Of a stretch of DNA of 64,000 bases, positions 11,463 to 25,439 are shown piece by piece. Under the pieces are notes generated by a model. It had not been told where the DNA came from and ran no database searches. It saw only the letters and a program-made list of their open reading frames with translations. Made by a program: the position numbers and the translations under genes. Origin of the DNA: Octopus sinensis (taxonomy: Eukaryota); the NCBI RefSeq assembly GCF_006345805.1, contig NC_043021.1, positions 24,304,001-24,368,000 on the forward strand, given 5' to 3'. The stretch's first letter is position 1. Each line of letters opens with the position of its first letter.

Positions 11463-12537
11463 CAAAGACAAGCTGTTTATGTGTTTAAATTATCCTTGAA
11501 CTGCCGATGTTGTACACCAGAGATCAATGTATTTCCTCGTAAACAACATTTGCGTTCATTTAAATTTAAAATTAGCTCGAAACATGCCTTGAATATCCAA
11601 TTTCGTGAAAATTCTTGAATTCACAATCACATTATGACAAAAAAGAAAAAAAAACAGAAACTTGCAAACTTGGATTTTGACACTATTTCTATGTTTGTTG
11701 TTGAACGTAGGTGGGCGGTAGATACGGTAATATGCTCGTCTGCATATTTAAGAGATAAGGGGGAGTAACGTTTTCCTATCAGAAGACATTGTGAGATGCT
11801 GCGCAACATAAATATAGCAACACTACCAAAATAACAAACCCACCAATATTCTTGTAGCAGCATTGCAGAGTATCGTTAGTATTTCGCGTACAGACTCTGT
11901 TTCAAGATCTAACAAAGGCCCTCAACTTGATTCCCACATGGATGTTATATTAATTAGAAGAAAAGGAACGGTGTCCCTTACGTTTACAAGCCGCGTGGGA
12001 ACTGCTGGGATTAATGTTTTTCAGCGACGGCGAAAGGGGGTGAAATCAGCTTTAGCTGGCAGAGAAATGTTGGCGGGGGAGAAATTCTAGATCACATTTC
12101 TAGAGAAGAAAGTTTGGAAGGAAATGTTTAGGGCACAAATTTCTTCAAAGGGAGATTCATTGGAGAGAAGGGGAGATATGTTGCGTATGCATGAGGTGAG
12201 GTGAGAGTGTAAGCAAATAGCTTTGTGTAGAGGAGCAAAGACCGTTGTAGAGCCAATTCAAGAAACAGAGAGAAGGCACAGAAGGTCATTAAGTAACCCT
12301 AACAGGTTGATGAGGACATCTTAGTCGTATGAATGTTCTTCCATTAAATACTACTAAAGATATCTGGGAGTATAGTAGCGACACTATCTGCAATGTTTCA
12401 GTTATGTTAAGAAGAATCTTACATTGTAGAAGAACGCTTCCCGCACCGAATCAGAGCTGGCATATTTTTCTGGCCATGAATAAACTAAAGACAAAACATA
12501 GTTATACTGATGTGATCATTTGAATATAAGGAAGTCA

Positions 12538-12939
12538 TTTACTCTTTTACTTGTTTCAGTCACGTGACTGTGGCCATGCTGGAGCACCGCCTTTAGTTAA
12601 GCAAATCGACCCCAGGACTTATTCTTTGCAAGCCTAGTACTTATTCTATCGGTCTCCTTTGCCAAACCGCTAAGTTACGGTGACATAAACACACCAGCAT
12701 CGGTTGTCAAGTGATGTTGGGGGGACAAACACAGACACACAAACATATACACCCACATACATATATACATATATACGACGGGCTTCTTTCAGTTTCCGTC
12801 AACCAAATCCACTCACAAGGCTTTGGTCGGCCCGAGGCTATAGTAAAAGACACTTGCCCAAGGTGCAACGTAGTGGGACTGAACCCGGAACCATGTGGTT
12901 TGTAAGCAAGCTACTTACCACGCAGCCACTCCTACGCCT
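12538..12939 (-). mobile_element. SINE family A, full length
   Basis: Complete head, CORE-like box, internal microsatellite and tail. Confidence 0.9.
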
Positions 12940-13389
12940 GTTGAAGAATAAATAAATAAAACGTTGAATTGTTAAAGAAGGTGTGAGAAAACATGAGTTT
13001 TAAAACAGAACTGAAAATAAAACTGTGATTCACACCATTAAACACGTTAAGAAAACTAAATTTCTATGAAATTTGTTGTAAATGAATAAAAATGATACAC
13101 GTAGAGACTCTACTGCACTCAACGCAAAAAGAAAACCAGTTCTGTGGAAATATTAATGTAAAGCTTCATTCTGGCAATTGCAAATGTTATTTTCGTGACT
13201 AAAGGAAGAAATGATCGTTTACCAATAACTATTGGCTATTTGCCACGTTAATTTCCTTCCAAAGTAATATTTTAAGTACTAATGTAAGGGTGATGCGTAC
13301 CAATTCAATTTTGCAAAATAATTTCATGAAAGGTATTAGAATTGCAAAGAGTTTGCTTTGAAATTGAAAATCTCTATGATTTCCAAACA

Positions 13390-13449
<60 letters not shown>

Positions 13450-13461
<12 letters not shown>

Positions 13462-14250
13462 ATAATAATGGCCGACATAAATGTTGGTTGCTTTGCGTCG
13501 TGGGTTGTTTGATTTCCCCAGTCACGCTTTACGCCGTATAGAGGCAGAGTGAAAGTGTAAAAGAGAAGATAGGAAACAGGGTGGGTGCAATGGCTTGATG
13601 GCGGGTAACAAATAAAGAACACAATACCCCAAAACACACACAGAGGTAGAGAAAGAAGGAGAAAATAAAGGACAAATTAGTAATGGGAGGAGATATGTGC
13701 AAATTCCAAATTTGTTTTGTTTAATTGGAAGGTAATAGGTGTTTTTCTTTGAAAATTAGAATTAATTGTGCCATTAAATTTGATAAAAGTTAAGTTATAA
13801 TATTTGTATGTAAACCGTATTTTCTGATATTACCAATGGTGGTAAAAGAGTATATCCAAAGTTGCCAATCACGTGACAGAAAACCCTCCGGTTGCTAATA
13901 TGCTTTAGGACCGAATTCTTTCGAAGAACCCTTTTGAAAGCTTTTCATTACTTTCTTTAAATATATATCTATATCGATATTGTATCGCGTATTTCGGGAA
14001 CAATAACCATCGTTCGATTTAGGTGTTAGTTGGCTCAGTTAATCTTATTTCTTTTGTAATCCTATCTATTTTCAACACTTTGTTTTTCTACATTATATTA
14101 AGAGCCTCTACGGGTTTTGTTTTTCTTGGTCGTAATAGCACGGGGGTCCTACTAATTTTACAGTAGTTGCGTCGTGATGTTTTGATTTTTTTTGTCCAGA
14201 ATAATTAACAATAGCGCTCGTCTTACGTCAATAATGTTGGTTCGTTTTAA
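13450..14250. promoter_or_regulatory. Possible promoter-like CpG-richer unique region
   Basis: Non-repetitive, locally CpG-enriched, with adjacent CCAAT plus CACGTG (13865-13875) and a YY1-like GATGGCGG (13597-13604). Motif evidence only. Confidence 0.25.
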
Positions 14251-14552
14251 CGAAATGAGTCATTAATTTGCCATAGTATATATTTCATTGTTAAATAATT
14301 TAAATGTCGCTGGTCGGGTATTTTTCTCCCACCCACATAACACACACTCGCCTTTGTTATGCATGAATTCAGTTATCTGATACGTATGTGATGCGTTTGG
14401 TTTTGTGTGCAAAAATAGTTCAAAAAATCACAATTGTATAATGTCTTAATCCATTGCTCTTTGATATTAATGAGACTGCAACATGATAACATGCATTTCG
14501 GAATATCTCGGTAGCTACTAAATGATAATGTGTGTATTATGTATTTACACAC

Positions 14553-14621
<69 letters not shown>

Positions 14622-14674
14622 TATATATATAACTATATATATATATATAGAGAGAGAGAGATACATATATGTAC

Positions 14675-14708
<34 letters not shown>

Positions 14709-14891
14709 CATATACATATATATATATATATGTATGTATAATATGATATATTTGCGAGATATACATGTGCATATACACGTATGTGTATATACATATATAT
14801 ATATATTATATATATATATATGTATGTATGTATGTATATTATATATATATATATATGCATACATTCGTATATCTATCTATCTATCTATCTA

Positions 14892-14961
<70 letters not shown>

Positions 14962-15009
14962 GATAGATTGCTAGATAGATATACGAATGTATGCATATAT
15001 ATATATATC

Positions 15010-15046
<37 letters not shown>

Positions 15047-16274
15047 TGTTCATGAATATATGCAGAATGGAACCTATTGTCAGAGATATTTGATGCATTC
15101 CTCAGTTTTAACTATTATCTTTTTTTAGATTTGTTGATAAACGGGATCAGATAAAGGGAGACATCCCCATCCATTTTTTTTTATTAATTTATTATATTTC
15201 AGAGCAGAATACATCGAGAAACCAAAAAATACTGGCGTAATTCAGTGAATCACTTGTGAAATGAGTAGCTGAGTCGGATGCCAAATAGTCGTTAGACGAT
15301 TGGCGGACAGTAGGATTCCTTGTAATATTTGGTTACATGACACAATATGTTTGAAATTGCTATTCCTCTCAGGTCCATTTTGACTTTCATCCTTCTGAGG
15401 TTATAGAATAAGTGGTGGAGTCGATATAATCTATTTTCCTAGCAGAGCCACAAGTCCAATGCCTGAAAGAAATAATCGATCAAAAGAAAATAAAAAAAGA
15501 ACAAAGAATCACCATTTGCTGCTTTCACTGCGTAAGCAAATGCAGCTCTTTTTATTTGGGATTCGTGTTAGATTCTATGTTTTCTGTGATTCTTCAGTAT
15601 CTTTTCATATTTTATCATCTTCTACGTTTTGTTTCTTTTATCAGATGTTATTTTCTTTCTCTGTTTTATTCTTTCTATTGTATTCTCCGTAATATGTCTA
15701 CTTCTGCCGCTTTCTTTATTTTCTCTTCTCTATTTGCACACACCCTCGATTTTCGATTATGTCTATTTTACTCTCATCCTTTATTATTATTGTTATTGGA
15801 ACCAGGAATCTATTATTACAGAGACTTCATCGGGTTTTTTCTGCCCCCCCCCTCACCTCTCATATTCAGAATATCTTGATTTCCATGTTTTCATATTTGA
15901 ATAGTTTCACCATTTACTTCGATGAAATAATGAAATGACAGATCCACTGGTAGACATTCCTTAATAGTGGTGGGCTTCGTAAATATTTTTCAAGCAAGTT
16001 ACCTTAATCTCCATACTCATAGGTATCGGTAAATCATAGAAAATGTCCCCTTTGTCGTTCTCGGAGAGATTTTCTGACGTCGTCTCATAGCATTTCCTTT
16101 TCCTGTTTCTTCACAGCCATAAAAAATGCTGCAGTTTCATTTTTAATTTCATTGAATTCCAACTGTCAACTACACACATGGATGAGTAGTAAAGAAACTC
16201 CTTTTTGCAATTAAGTGGTTTGGGATTGAAATCATACTGTCGGACATCTTGGGGAAATGACACAGGCCGACCAA

Positions 16275-16560
16275 TGTCAGAAACATTTAGATAAGATCCC
16301 AGGAGAACCATGTCTCAGAGAAATCCAAAAGATTCTAATGACAGGTACTACCCACATCCTTAGTAAATCTTTCTCCATTTAAATGTCTGTGTTATTTCAC
16401 TACCTCCCTTCCCCAAGCTTTCAGTCATATTGTAACAACTCTTATCCTTCACACTGGACGCTGGGTATGTGTCGGCATGTGACTGTAACAAAGATGCGGA
16501 TTAAAGGTAAAAAAAAAACAACAACAACAACAACAATAATAATAATAACAATAACAATGA
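16275..16560 (+). mobile_element. R4/Dong-type non-LTR retrotransposon 3' end (family a) with 3' UTR and (CAA/TAA)n tail
   Basis: QKHLDKIPGEPCLREIQKILMTGTTHILSKSFSI* (stop 16380-16382). The UTR recurs at 38866-39000. Confidence 0.8.
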
Positions 16561-16561
16561 T

Positions 16562-17110
16562 ATATGAAAAGAAAGAACGGTGGCAGAGGACAAATTAGTT
16601 TAGACTATTGCATAAGGAGTGAAAGGTGAACGCTTGCCGAGTATTTGATAAATAGTGATGAAGACCTGCTGTAAAGTGCCGCGAAAGATATGGGTGTAAA
16701 TGCAGATAAAATGATGGGCAAGGAAGAGTTTAACCAAAGAGCTGAGGAGTAGTAAAAAGAAGACCTTCTCGAAACGAGAATGCATGAACAGTTTGAAAGG
16801 AATACACAGGACGTTAAGGATAATACAGCATCGTGGGCATGGCTTGAACGAGGTGATTTGAAGCGTACCAGCGAAAGCCTGATCATTGCTGCACAAGACC
16901 AGGCTCTCGCTACTAATTCAGTGAAGTATAACATCTATGAAACTTCTGACACCCAGAGATGCAGACTCTGTGGAAAGAGTGTAGAAAATGTGACCCACTT
17001 GGTAAGTGGATGTGAGAGCCTTGCACAAAAGGAATACAAGCGCTACCATGATAAAATGTGTGTGTATCTTCATTGGCTCATATGAAGTAACAAAGAACTG
17101 GTATGAGATC
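16562..17110 (+). mobile_element. R4/Dong-type LINE fragment (family b): RT C-terminus and CCHC knuckle
   Basis: RKNGGRG..WLERGDLKRTSESLIIAAQDQALATN..CRLCGKSVENVTHLVSGC..RYHD. Highly similar to 30916-31400. Confidence 0.9.
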
Positions 17111-17273
17111 CGGACATGCGTAATATAGCACACACGTAGTAGTGGTCAAAGGATTTGAACTTACACTCCGAAGTCTTTATTGTGGACCAGTCCACAACAA
17201 GGTACAGAATGTCAATAAGAGAAATCGGGGTGAGTTGATATGGAGATAATGATCCAGATAAACACGCTTGGCT

Positions 17274-17334
<61 letters not shown>

Positions 17335-17562
17335 GCGTACATATAAACATGTAAATATGCAAATATTATAGGGATATATAAGGGGAGAAACAAAAGCTGA
17401 AAATATTAATAAGACTAGCAATGCACTCCTGTATTGCCCGGGTGTTATGACCTACAGCCACATTGTGTTATTTGTTCCTTTCTTATGGACAGAATCGGCA
17501 CACGAGGAGCATGAAGCAAACACCTCTTCTTTATAAACATGTTCTTCGGTCATTTTCTGAAC

Positions 17563-17722
17563 GCTGCAGTTTCCGTCTACCAACCACAGTCGCAAGTCTA
17601 TGGTTGGCCTAGAGCTATATTAGAAAACACTTGCCCAGGGTACCATCCAGAGGAACTGAACGTGAAACCATATGGTTGGAAAGCAAACTACTCAACCACA
17701 ATAATTCTTGCACCTAACATGT
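17563..17722 (-). mobile_element. SINE family A, degenerate 5' part
   Basis: cagtttccgtctaccaa..cacttgcccagg..tggttggaaagcaaactactcaaccaca. Confidence 0.65.
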
Positions 17723-19489
17723 GTGTGCGTGTGTGTGTGTTTATATTTGTTGTTAAATCGAGTATTGTGTCCCACTATGTCTCAAAGTTAGCAGTTCATC
17801 AAGCAGAGATTTATAAAATAAATGCCAGAGTGAATTACGTACTGAGGTCAGTATGACCGATTAAATTTTTGAACGTGATACCCCATTATGGTGAGAGTCG
17901 AAATACGAAACCCAGTAAAATAAAGTTTAAAGACTTAATGGCTTCAAATTTAAGGTAATGGATTACTAACCACAAGATAATGAGTTCAAAACTTCGTATT
18001 GAAGTCCCACTCTATACGATAACACTATATGTACATCTCAGTCTACTTACAACAATTAACAATTGTAATTTGAAGTTTAATGGTTAGCAGTAAGAAAGAT
18101 GTCCAGATTTCCTAAAAAAAATATTGTGAAAACTATTCCGAGGAAAAGTAGATTTTGACAACAAAGCACACATACACACACACACACAGAGTTGTGCCTG
18201 TGGAAACTTGAGCTACTACAAATAGCAGCCAAATCTCTTTTAAAACACACCCTTTCATCAAAAGAAAGACACAGATTTACATTTTTCAGAAAGAAAAACA
18301 AACACTATGCGATGGGCCAGCTACATAAGAGGCAACTCTGAGCTACACAAAACACATGCAAACATACTTCACATTAAAAGATTATCTACTAGATAATACT
18401 TATAAAGATGACGGTATATTTTCGAAGCTTCATTCCCTGGTAAAATTCCATGTATTTTCTCATTATAAGGATTGTTCAGGAAGAGTTGCCTCCCTCAGAT
18501 AAAGACCTCAAAATTGTGAGACCCGACCTTGTTTTCGTACAACTCTTTTTAGAGTTGTACAAAAAACATACTTTATTTGGTAGCCCAACAGTTACTGAAT
18601 CTTTTGATACCTCATACGTCAAAGTTGGCAACTCAGTTTTCGAATCCATAAGGAACATACGCGCGCGCACACATACACAAATTCTATTTTATATGTATAG
18701 ATGAATACTCACGTATAAGCATATAGGTATTTATATATCTATATATTTACAAAATAAATAAATTTACATGGAGTATACAAACTAAAGACAACTAAAGGGA
18801 GAAGGCATAGTATTTTAAGTCCGGCAGCTGTTTCCACTAAAGGACGCATACAAGCATTACGTAATACCGGCCTACTTCGTCTGGGTAGAAAGATCGGCAA
18901 ATAGCGGTTCACGTCATTGTGCGAGAAAAGTGAAGGTTAAAATGGTAGAAGAAGAAGGGGAATAAAAGCAGGTACGTGGGAGGATGTGGGTTGTTGCCAC
19001 GAAGCATTTTGACCAGCGTGTGTGCGTGTGTGTGTATGTGAGTGTGTGTGTGCGTGTGAATATGTGTGTCATAATAACAGCATTTAAAGCTGAGATATTG
19101 CATCACTGATACTCCAAGCTTTATGTTAGCGATTTCCAAACAACTAAAGACTAGATTATAATTTTTCAAGCCGACATGCGTACATGGGTCCTGTATAAGC
19201 CTGTAATTTATAATAAAACTTTTACTTTTACCGAAATGGCAAGAGTAAACACTGGTGACGTTTTAAATTAATAATTTTAATTTCATAATTGTCATTAAAA
19301 GTGTTTATGGAATGAGTGTTTTAACCTAATGCTTCTGTATACATACATACATACATACATACATACATACATACATACATACATACATACATACATACAT
19401 ACATACATGCATACATACATACATATGTACATATGCATGCATACACACCCACCCAAACATATATACATACATGTATGTCAGGTCACTTT

Positions 19490-19680
19490 CGAGTGCTACT
19501 GGTAACATGTAACCCAGTACAACCTGTTGCATGGTCGGGTTGTCGGCGACTAAACCGGCAACCCCACCAAGCTTGCTTGGTGAGGAGGGTATTTATTGGA
19601 CACCCTGCGGGATGAAAAACAAAACCCGTCAAAGGGCGGAGGAACACTTGAGAGTCAACGGCCATCCAATAAATGTCTTA
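19490..19680 (+). other. GC-rich multi-hairpin segment, possibly a retroelement 5' UTR
   Basis: Consecutive hairpins TACTGG/CCAGTA, GGGTTGTCGG/CCGGCAACCC, CACCAAGC/GCTTGGTG, AGGGT/ACCCT, GCGGG/CCCGT. Confidence 0.5.
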
Positions 19681-20656
19681 AAGCTGTATCATGCGCGGAG
19701 ACAGAAATAATCTGACTGAATACCCGTTCACCAGTAAAACTATTCACTATAATACAAGCACCTGCTCACGACATAAATATCCTTTCTATCTAATCTCCTG
19801 TTCCCCTAGATAATTATTTTCCTAATATATATACAACTTCACTATAAACCTTTACTTTGTCCAGTTTATATTATCACCCATTTCCTTCATTAAAATGCTG
19901 AACAGTAAAAGATTCCACTGAAAGTTTATTCTATAATTTATAGCATTTAGTTCTTTCAAACGCTTGTTCTCATTTACTAAAATTTATAAGTTCACCCACA
20001 TTACACCAAATTCATTTGTATGCTGAGTCAACTTTGGTGTAATTTCTAACTCTCTCTCTTACTCTCTCTATTTTTCTTTCTCTCTCTCCTCGCACTCTCT
20101 CCCTATCTCTCTGTTTATCTCTAGCTTTATATATATATATACATATATATACACACACACAAACACATACACATATATATAGATATGCACGCGCACAAAC
20201 GCACACACATACACACGCGCACAAGCACACATGCGCGTGCGTATGCGCACACACACACCAATCACATACGCACACGTACACGCCCACACAAGTCCATATG
20301 CCTACATGCCCTATTGACCCCACATCGAGACGCACAGTCGCCACCAATTTGCTGTCCACCCAAGCGACCAAAGATCCCATTTAGCTGCTGTTGCTTATTT
20401 ACCAATACAGTGACATCACCTGACCTTCCTTGACCAATTGTATCCCATCTACCGGAAGCAATCTTGAACTTCCTGCGCATCTCCGTTGATTCGAATTTCC
20501 ACCGGCCTCAGGTGAAGCTTTGTTAGGAGCTTCGATACTTTAAGTAACCCAAAACCCGAATCAAACTGCTTTGAACAAAACATATAATTCCATATAAATG
20601 TGCCCTTTCTTTCGTTTGTCTACTCACCCATATATATATATATATTATATATATAT

Positions 20657-20721
<65 letters not shown>

Positions 20722-20724
<3 letters not shown>

Positions 20725-21000
20725 TAACAATAAGGGTTTGCAACAGGTGCATGACCACATATTTGAATTACAAATATTGTTGTCTGTGGAGACATATTTT
20801 TGTAGAAAAAGGAAATAGTAGTTCTTTGGCTGCTATTTCTAAAATTTTCGGTATGTGGTCATGCAACGTGTTGCAATCCCTTATTGTTATAATTATATAA
20901 GTTTTTACCGAATATGGTCCTTTTCCATACCGAAATACTACTAGGTGAAATTTGTTGATTTTATTAAATTAATTATCTTTCATCCTATATCTGTAATGAG
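20722..21000. mobile_element. Fold-back element with extension; related to 21760-21970
   Basis: ataacaataagggtttgcaac..catgaccacat is mirrored by atgtggtcatg..gttgcaatcccttattgttat. The extension contains a degenerate hammerhead-like CCGAATA-TGGT..ACC-GAAAT. Flanked by (TA)n. Confidence 0.65.
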
Positions 21001-21144
21001 TATATATATATATATATAGATATATATATATATATGAAATAAATTGATGTATACAGTGCTCAGGTACACTACAACTAAGAAAATAAAAAGTGTTCTCTTG
21101 GCAGATAAAGTTTTACAGATTTTATACTTCCAGTGATGGAATAT

Positions 21145-21202
<58 letters not shown>

Positions 21203-21207
21203 TTATA

Positions 21208-21498
21208 TATAAACTATTCATAAATGAGTGCAAAAGAAAATATTTTCTAATGCCAAATATTCCGAAAAATTGGACATATTGTCCATTAACCATATAATTT
21301 TTTCACAATACGCACGCTACTCGAAAAAAGGTCGACAGAAATTTCTAAAAAAATTTTTTTGAAATTTCTGTCGACCTTTTTTCGAGTAGCGTGCGTATTG
21401 TGAAAAAATTATATGGTTAATGGACAATATGTCCAATTTTTCGGAATATTTGGCATTAGAAAATCTTTTCCTTTACCCTTATTTATGAATAGTTTATA
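21208..21498. mobile_element. Fold-back element (arms ~135 bp) in (TA)n
   Basis: tataaactattcataaat..cgctactcgaaaaaaggtcgacagaaatttc is mirrored nearly perfectly around an A/T spacer. Confidence 0.85.
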
Positions 21499-22002
21499 AA
21501 TTTAACCGTTAAAGGTATTTTTTAATATGCTGGCCATTGATAAGATTTTTTTCGAGAAAATATATATTTTTCGAAAAGAATTTTATCCTCACATTTGATA
21601 TATATATATATATATATATATTCGGATTCTTTCTCTCAACAAATATCTAGTTCATGTCTAAATTGTTTGACAACAGCGAAAGAAGTTTTTGTTGGCCTCT
21701 GTTATCGAAATACTATCTTGAGCGACAGAGAGCGTACAATATATATATATATATATATTGTTTTCTGGGAGTCCTTTTTTAAAGTAGAAGAAATAGCTAA
21801 GGTTTCTTGGCTGCTATTTCTTCGGTATGTGGTAAAGCAAATCTTTGCTGGACCCTAATTATAAAGTATTACTTAAGTTTACCGTGAAATGGTCCTTTTT
21901 CATGCCGAATTCTACTTGGTGAAATTATTGATTACTTCTTAATTAATTAATTTTACCCTTTGTTATTATTGATATATATATATATATATATATATATTCA
22001 AA

Positions 22003-22195
22003 ATGTGACCACGTGTGTACTGTTGGCGATTTTTTTTCCTCCGTCTTCCCTTCTTTGGATCTTTCCTTTTCCTATGTTTCTGACGAAACGTTAAACCCTC
22101 CTTCTTTCCTTCTTTCCTGAGCGTCCAATAATACTATACTTGTTCCACGTCCTCGCGTTGTTGTGTTTTCTCTTTGTGTTTTCATGTTTGGATTA

Positions 22196-22198
<3 letters not shown>
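22003..22198 (+). mobile_element. ~200-bp hammerhead-bearing element (family H5) with stem II deleted
   Basis: Homologous to the rc of 55984-56186. Reads GTTT-CTGACGAA|ACGTT-AAAC, i.e. 14 nt lost between two CGAA microhomologies. Confidence 0.8.
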
Positions 22199-22243
<45 letters not shown>

Positions 22244-23532
22244 GGTATGTGTGTGGTGTATGTGTGTGTGTGGTATGTGTGTGTGTGTGGTGTGTGTGTG
22301 TACATACATACAAGTCATTGCTGCAAGTGTCCTCGATCATGGATATGAATTTAAAAGGTGGATATACATAAAGAAGCTGATTTATGTTTCCTATTGAAAC
22401 AGTAAAATTTATTCCCCTCTCATATAAAAGACGAATATCTTCCTGGACCCTGACATTTATTCTCCTAATATACACACCCATTTCATCCGCTTACAATGCT
22501 TCAAATTTACCTAATTATTACTTTCGTTTCCATTTATTCTTATCACCCATTAATCTTTCTTATCTTTCTTTCCAGTGCTGAGCGATAAAACTTCCTACTT
22601 CAAATACATCCTTTGTTTATCTTCAAAAGCATACTTTTCTCCCATATTCAAATTTATAACTTCTGTTCCTAGAAGTGTTTTTCACATTCTTACTCCTTTT
22701 CTATGAATCAACCTATTTTTGTAGGATAAAAAAAAAAACAGAATTTAAATTTTTCTCGCTCTCCTTTATCCTCATTCCTCATTTTCCAAATAAACAGAAC
22801 AATTGCTTACAGTTCCTCCAACACACTTCTATATGAGAAACTTACCGATTACCTATTTATTTTGGTTTCTTTTTTCTTCTGTTCTCATTAGTTTCATATT
22901 CTTTTTATTTTTTCATTTTATTTTAAACTCCAGTTCTCCATATTTTTAATTATTGTAATTACTACATACACCATAGTCTTTCAATCAATATTTTATATCC
23001 CATCAAATGTTTCAAGTATGTAAACAGCACTCAACATTTTTTTCTTTTAGCAAATTTTGAAGAAATTTCCCCATAATTTATCAACAAAACCCTACAAATA
23101 TAAGTCACCCAGTCTCTTCTAAAAACTTGGAAAAAGTGTCAGATACTTTCACTACCCATACTAGACTCTCACAGTTATTCCCCGCTTACTGCCATACTTC
23201 CACCACGATATTCAATACTTAAGCACACACACACTTTATTCTTAATTTGTTATCAATTTTTATTGTTTCATTATCTGCGATTAATTAATTAAACAAAATA
23301 TACATTTTTCTTTCCATTTACTAAATTTTATCAGTTACCTGGGTTTACATGCTATCTTAATCTGAAAAGAGTTCTATCCTAATTTTGTTATCAGACCAAA
23401 CGTTAGGAAATATAATTTTTTCTTATAATCGTCCTCTTCCATTTATGATCCGTTCACATACTCTCTTACATACACACAAATATACGCACATATATATATA
23501 TATATATGTGTATACACACACACACACACACA

Positions 23533-23600
<68 letters not shown>

Positions 23601-23609
23601 TTATATATA

Positions 23610-23865
23610 TATATATGGCTGACGGTTAGTAAAAAGAGAAACACAACTAGAAGAAGAAAACAAGGGCTACTGATGCTCACAGGAGTGTGACGAAAGAACT
23701 CTGTCCGAAATAAGATTAAGTTTAATGTAAAAAATAAATAACACTGAAGCAAAGTAATACCAAATATATAGTGCGTGTGTTTTTATTGGCTAAACTGGCA
23801 AAATGACCATTCCGAAATACAACAATATATGTTTCAACACACGATTTCACATAAAAAAATCTTGC
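23610..23865 (+). mobile_element. Interspersed element related to rc of 43255-43495, with degenerate hammerhead-like motif
   Basis: Shared ggctactgatg..gtgtgacgaaagaactctgtccgaaata and atatatagtgcgtgtgtttttattgg blocks. (TA)n flanks. Confidence 0.65.
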
Positions 23866-23914
<49 letters not shown>

Positions 23915-23984
23915 GCATATATATATGCGTGTATATGTATATCTGTGTGTGTATGTGTGTATATATATGTCATTAGACAGCGGA

Positions 23985-24272
23985 ATCTTTTACGGAACTG
24001 CTAAATTACAGGGATATAAACACACCAACACCGGTTGTCAAGCGGTGGTCGAGGTTAAACAGAGACCGAAGCACACACACACACACACACACCTATACAT
24101 AGATATACGGCGGACTTTTTCTTTCTTGCAGTTTCCGTCTAGCAAACCCACTGAGAAGGCTTTGTTCGACCCGAGGTTATATTAGAAGACACTCGCTCAA
24201 ATTGACATGCAGCGGAACTGAACTCATAACCCTGCGGTTGGGAAGAAAGCATCTTACCACACAGCCGCTTCC
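23985..24272 (-). mobile_element. SINE family A, degenerate
   Basis: aacacaccaacaccggttgtcaagc..cagtttccgtctagcaaacccact..cttaccacacagcc. Confidence 0.7.
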
Positions 24273-24479
24273 TATTTGCGGCTTTAGGCACTGGAGAAGC
24301 AATTCCACAGACTCGCATAGAAATCGTGCTGTTACATTGTGCATCTAACAGATCTGATTGTTAGGAATGTACTGGGAGGAAAAGAAAAAAGAAAAAACAA
24401 GTATGTATGCGGAATGGGTCACGAGGGAAGATATGTGAGGGGAGGGGAATGAAGAGGGGGTAGATAGGTATAAATATAG

Positions 24480-24980
24480 GAGGTAGAAAGGGAAGGAGGG
24501 GGAGGAAAACGAAGAGGAGAATCGGAAGGAAGAAGAAGTAGAAGAGAAGGAGGAGGAGGAGGAGGAGGAAGAAGAAGAAGAAGGAGTAGAAGAAGAAGAA
24601 GAGGAGGAGGAAGAAGGAGAAGAAGAAGGAGGAGGAGGAGGAGGAAGAAGAAGAAGGAGGAGGAGGAGGAGGAGAAGAAGATGAAGAAGAAGGAGGAGGA
24701 GGAGGAGGAAGAAGAAGGAGGAGGAGGAGGAGGAGAAGAAGAAGGAGGAGGAGGAGGAGGAGGAGAAGAAGATGAGAAGAAGGAGGAGGAGGAGGAGGAG
24801 GAAGAAGAAGGAGGAGGAGGAGGAGAAGAAGAAGAAGAAGAAGAAGAAGAAGAAGGAGGAGGAGGAGGAGAAGGTGAAGAGAAGACGCGCAGAGAGGAGA
24901 GGAGTTAAGAAGAGAGAAAAGAAGAAGAAGCAAGAAGAAAAGAAGAAGAGAAGAAGAAGAAGAAGAAGAAGAAGAAGATG
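24480..24980 (+). repeat. (GAA)n/(GGA)n polypurine tract
   Basis: About 500 bp of almost pure purine triplets. ORFs 24345-25109 etc. are artefacts. Confidence 0.95.
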
Positions 24981-25439
24981 AAAAAGAAAATGAGAGGGAG
25001 AAGTATATAGGTGTACGCATGTTGCTCTTGTGCTCATAACCGACTGATGTGTGTTTGGTGATTCATGATATGATTTCTGTGCCAGCAAATATCTCAACCA
25101 TATCGCCACAAATATTCGCTTTGATGCAATACTTTATGAAGGCACATCTCTCTCTCCATAGACGTCAGTGGTTGGCCTTCATCTACTGTTTTCAATTCAT
25201 TAGTAATAAATACGTGGACATATAAATTATATTTTTTTTTATAAATCGCAGCAGTATTGACAAATATTATTGTAACACCCACCCAACACCCCCAAACACA
25301 TCCACCCACACGTACATATACATATTATGGACAGTAATTTTTGAGAATCGAAATTTTAATTAAAATACAATTTTTTAAAGATGTTTCTCTTAAAACTTCA
25401 GGAGTTCATCATTAGTAAACAAAATAGTATTAATTCGCT

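Noticed and set aside
11620-12480. Purine-skewed region with YADE and VPFL..DLET motifs suggestive of an RT
   Set aside because: The motifs are out of the expected order and spacing; no LINE or Penelope clade could be assigned by eye.
18450-18704. 84-aa plus-strand ORF with a possible acceptor
   Set aside because: No homology recognised and no good donor.
18900-18975. ATG plus strong CAG|GTACGT donor on the plus strand
   Set aside because: In-frame TAA after 7 codons; no supporting downstream exon.
22140-22170. UCCUCGC and UUCCUCG (also ~54126), resembling the HDV-like ribozyme L3 loop
   Set aside because: Could not build P1, P1.1, P2 or the J4/2 catalytic C.
24345-25109. 254-aa and 219-aa Ser/Leu/Pro-rich ORFs
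   Set aside because: Produced by the GAA/GGA repeat, which lacks stops by composition.
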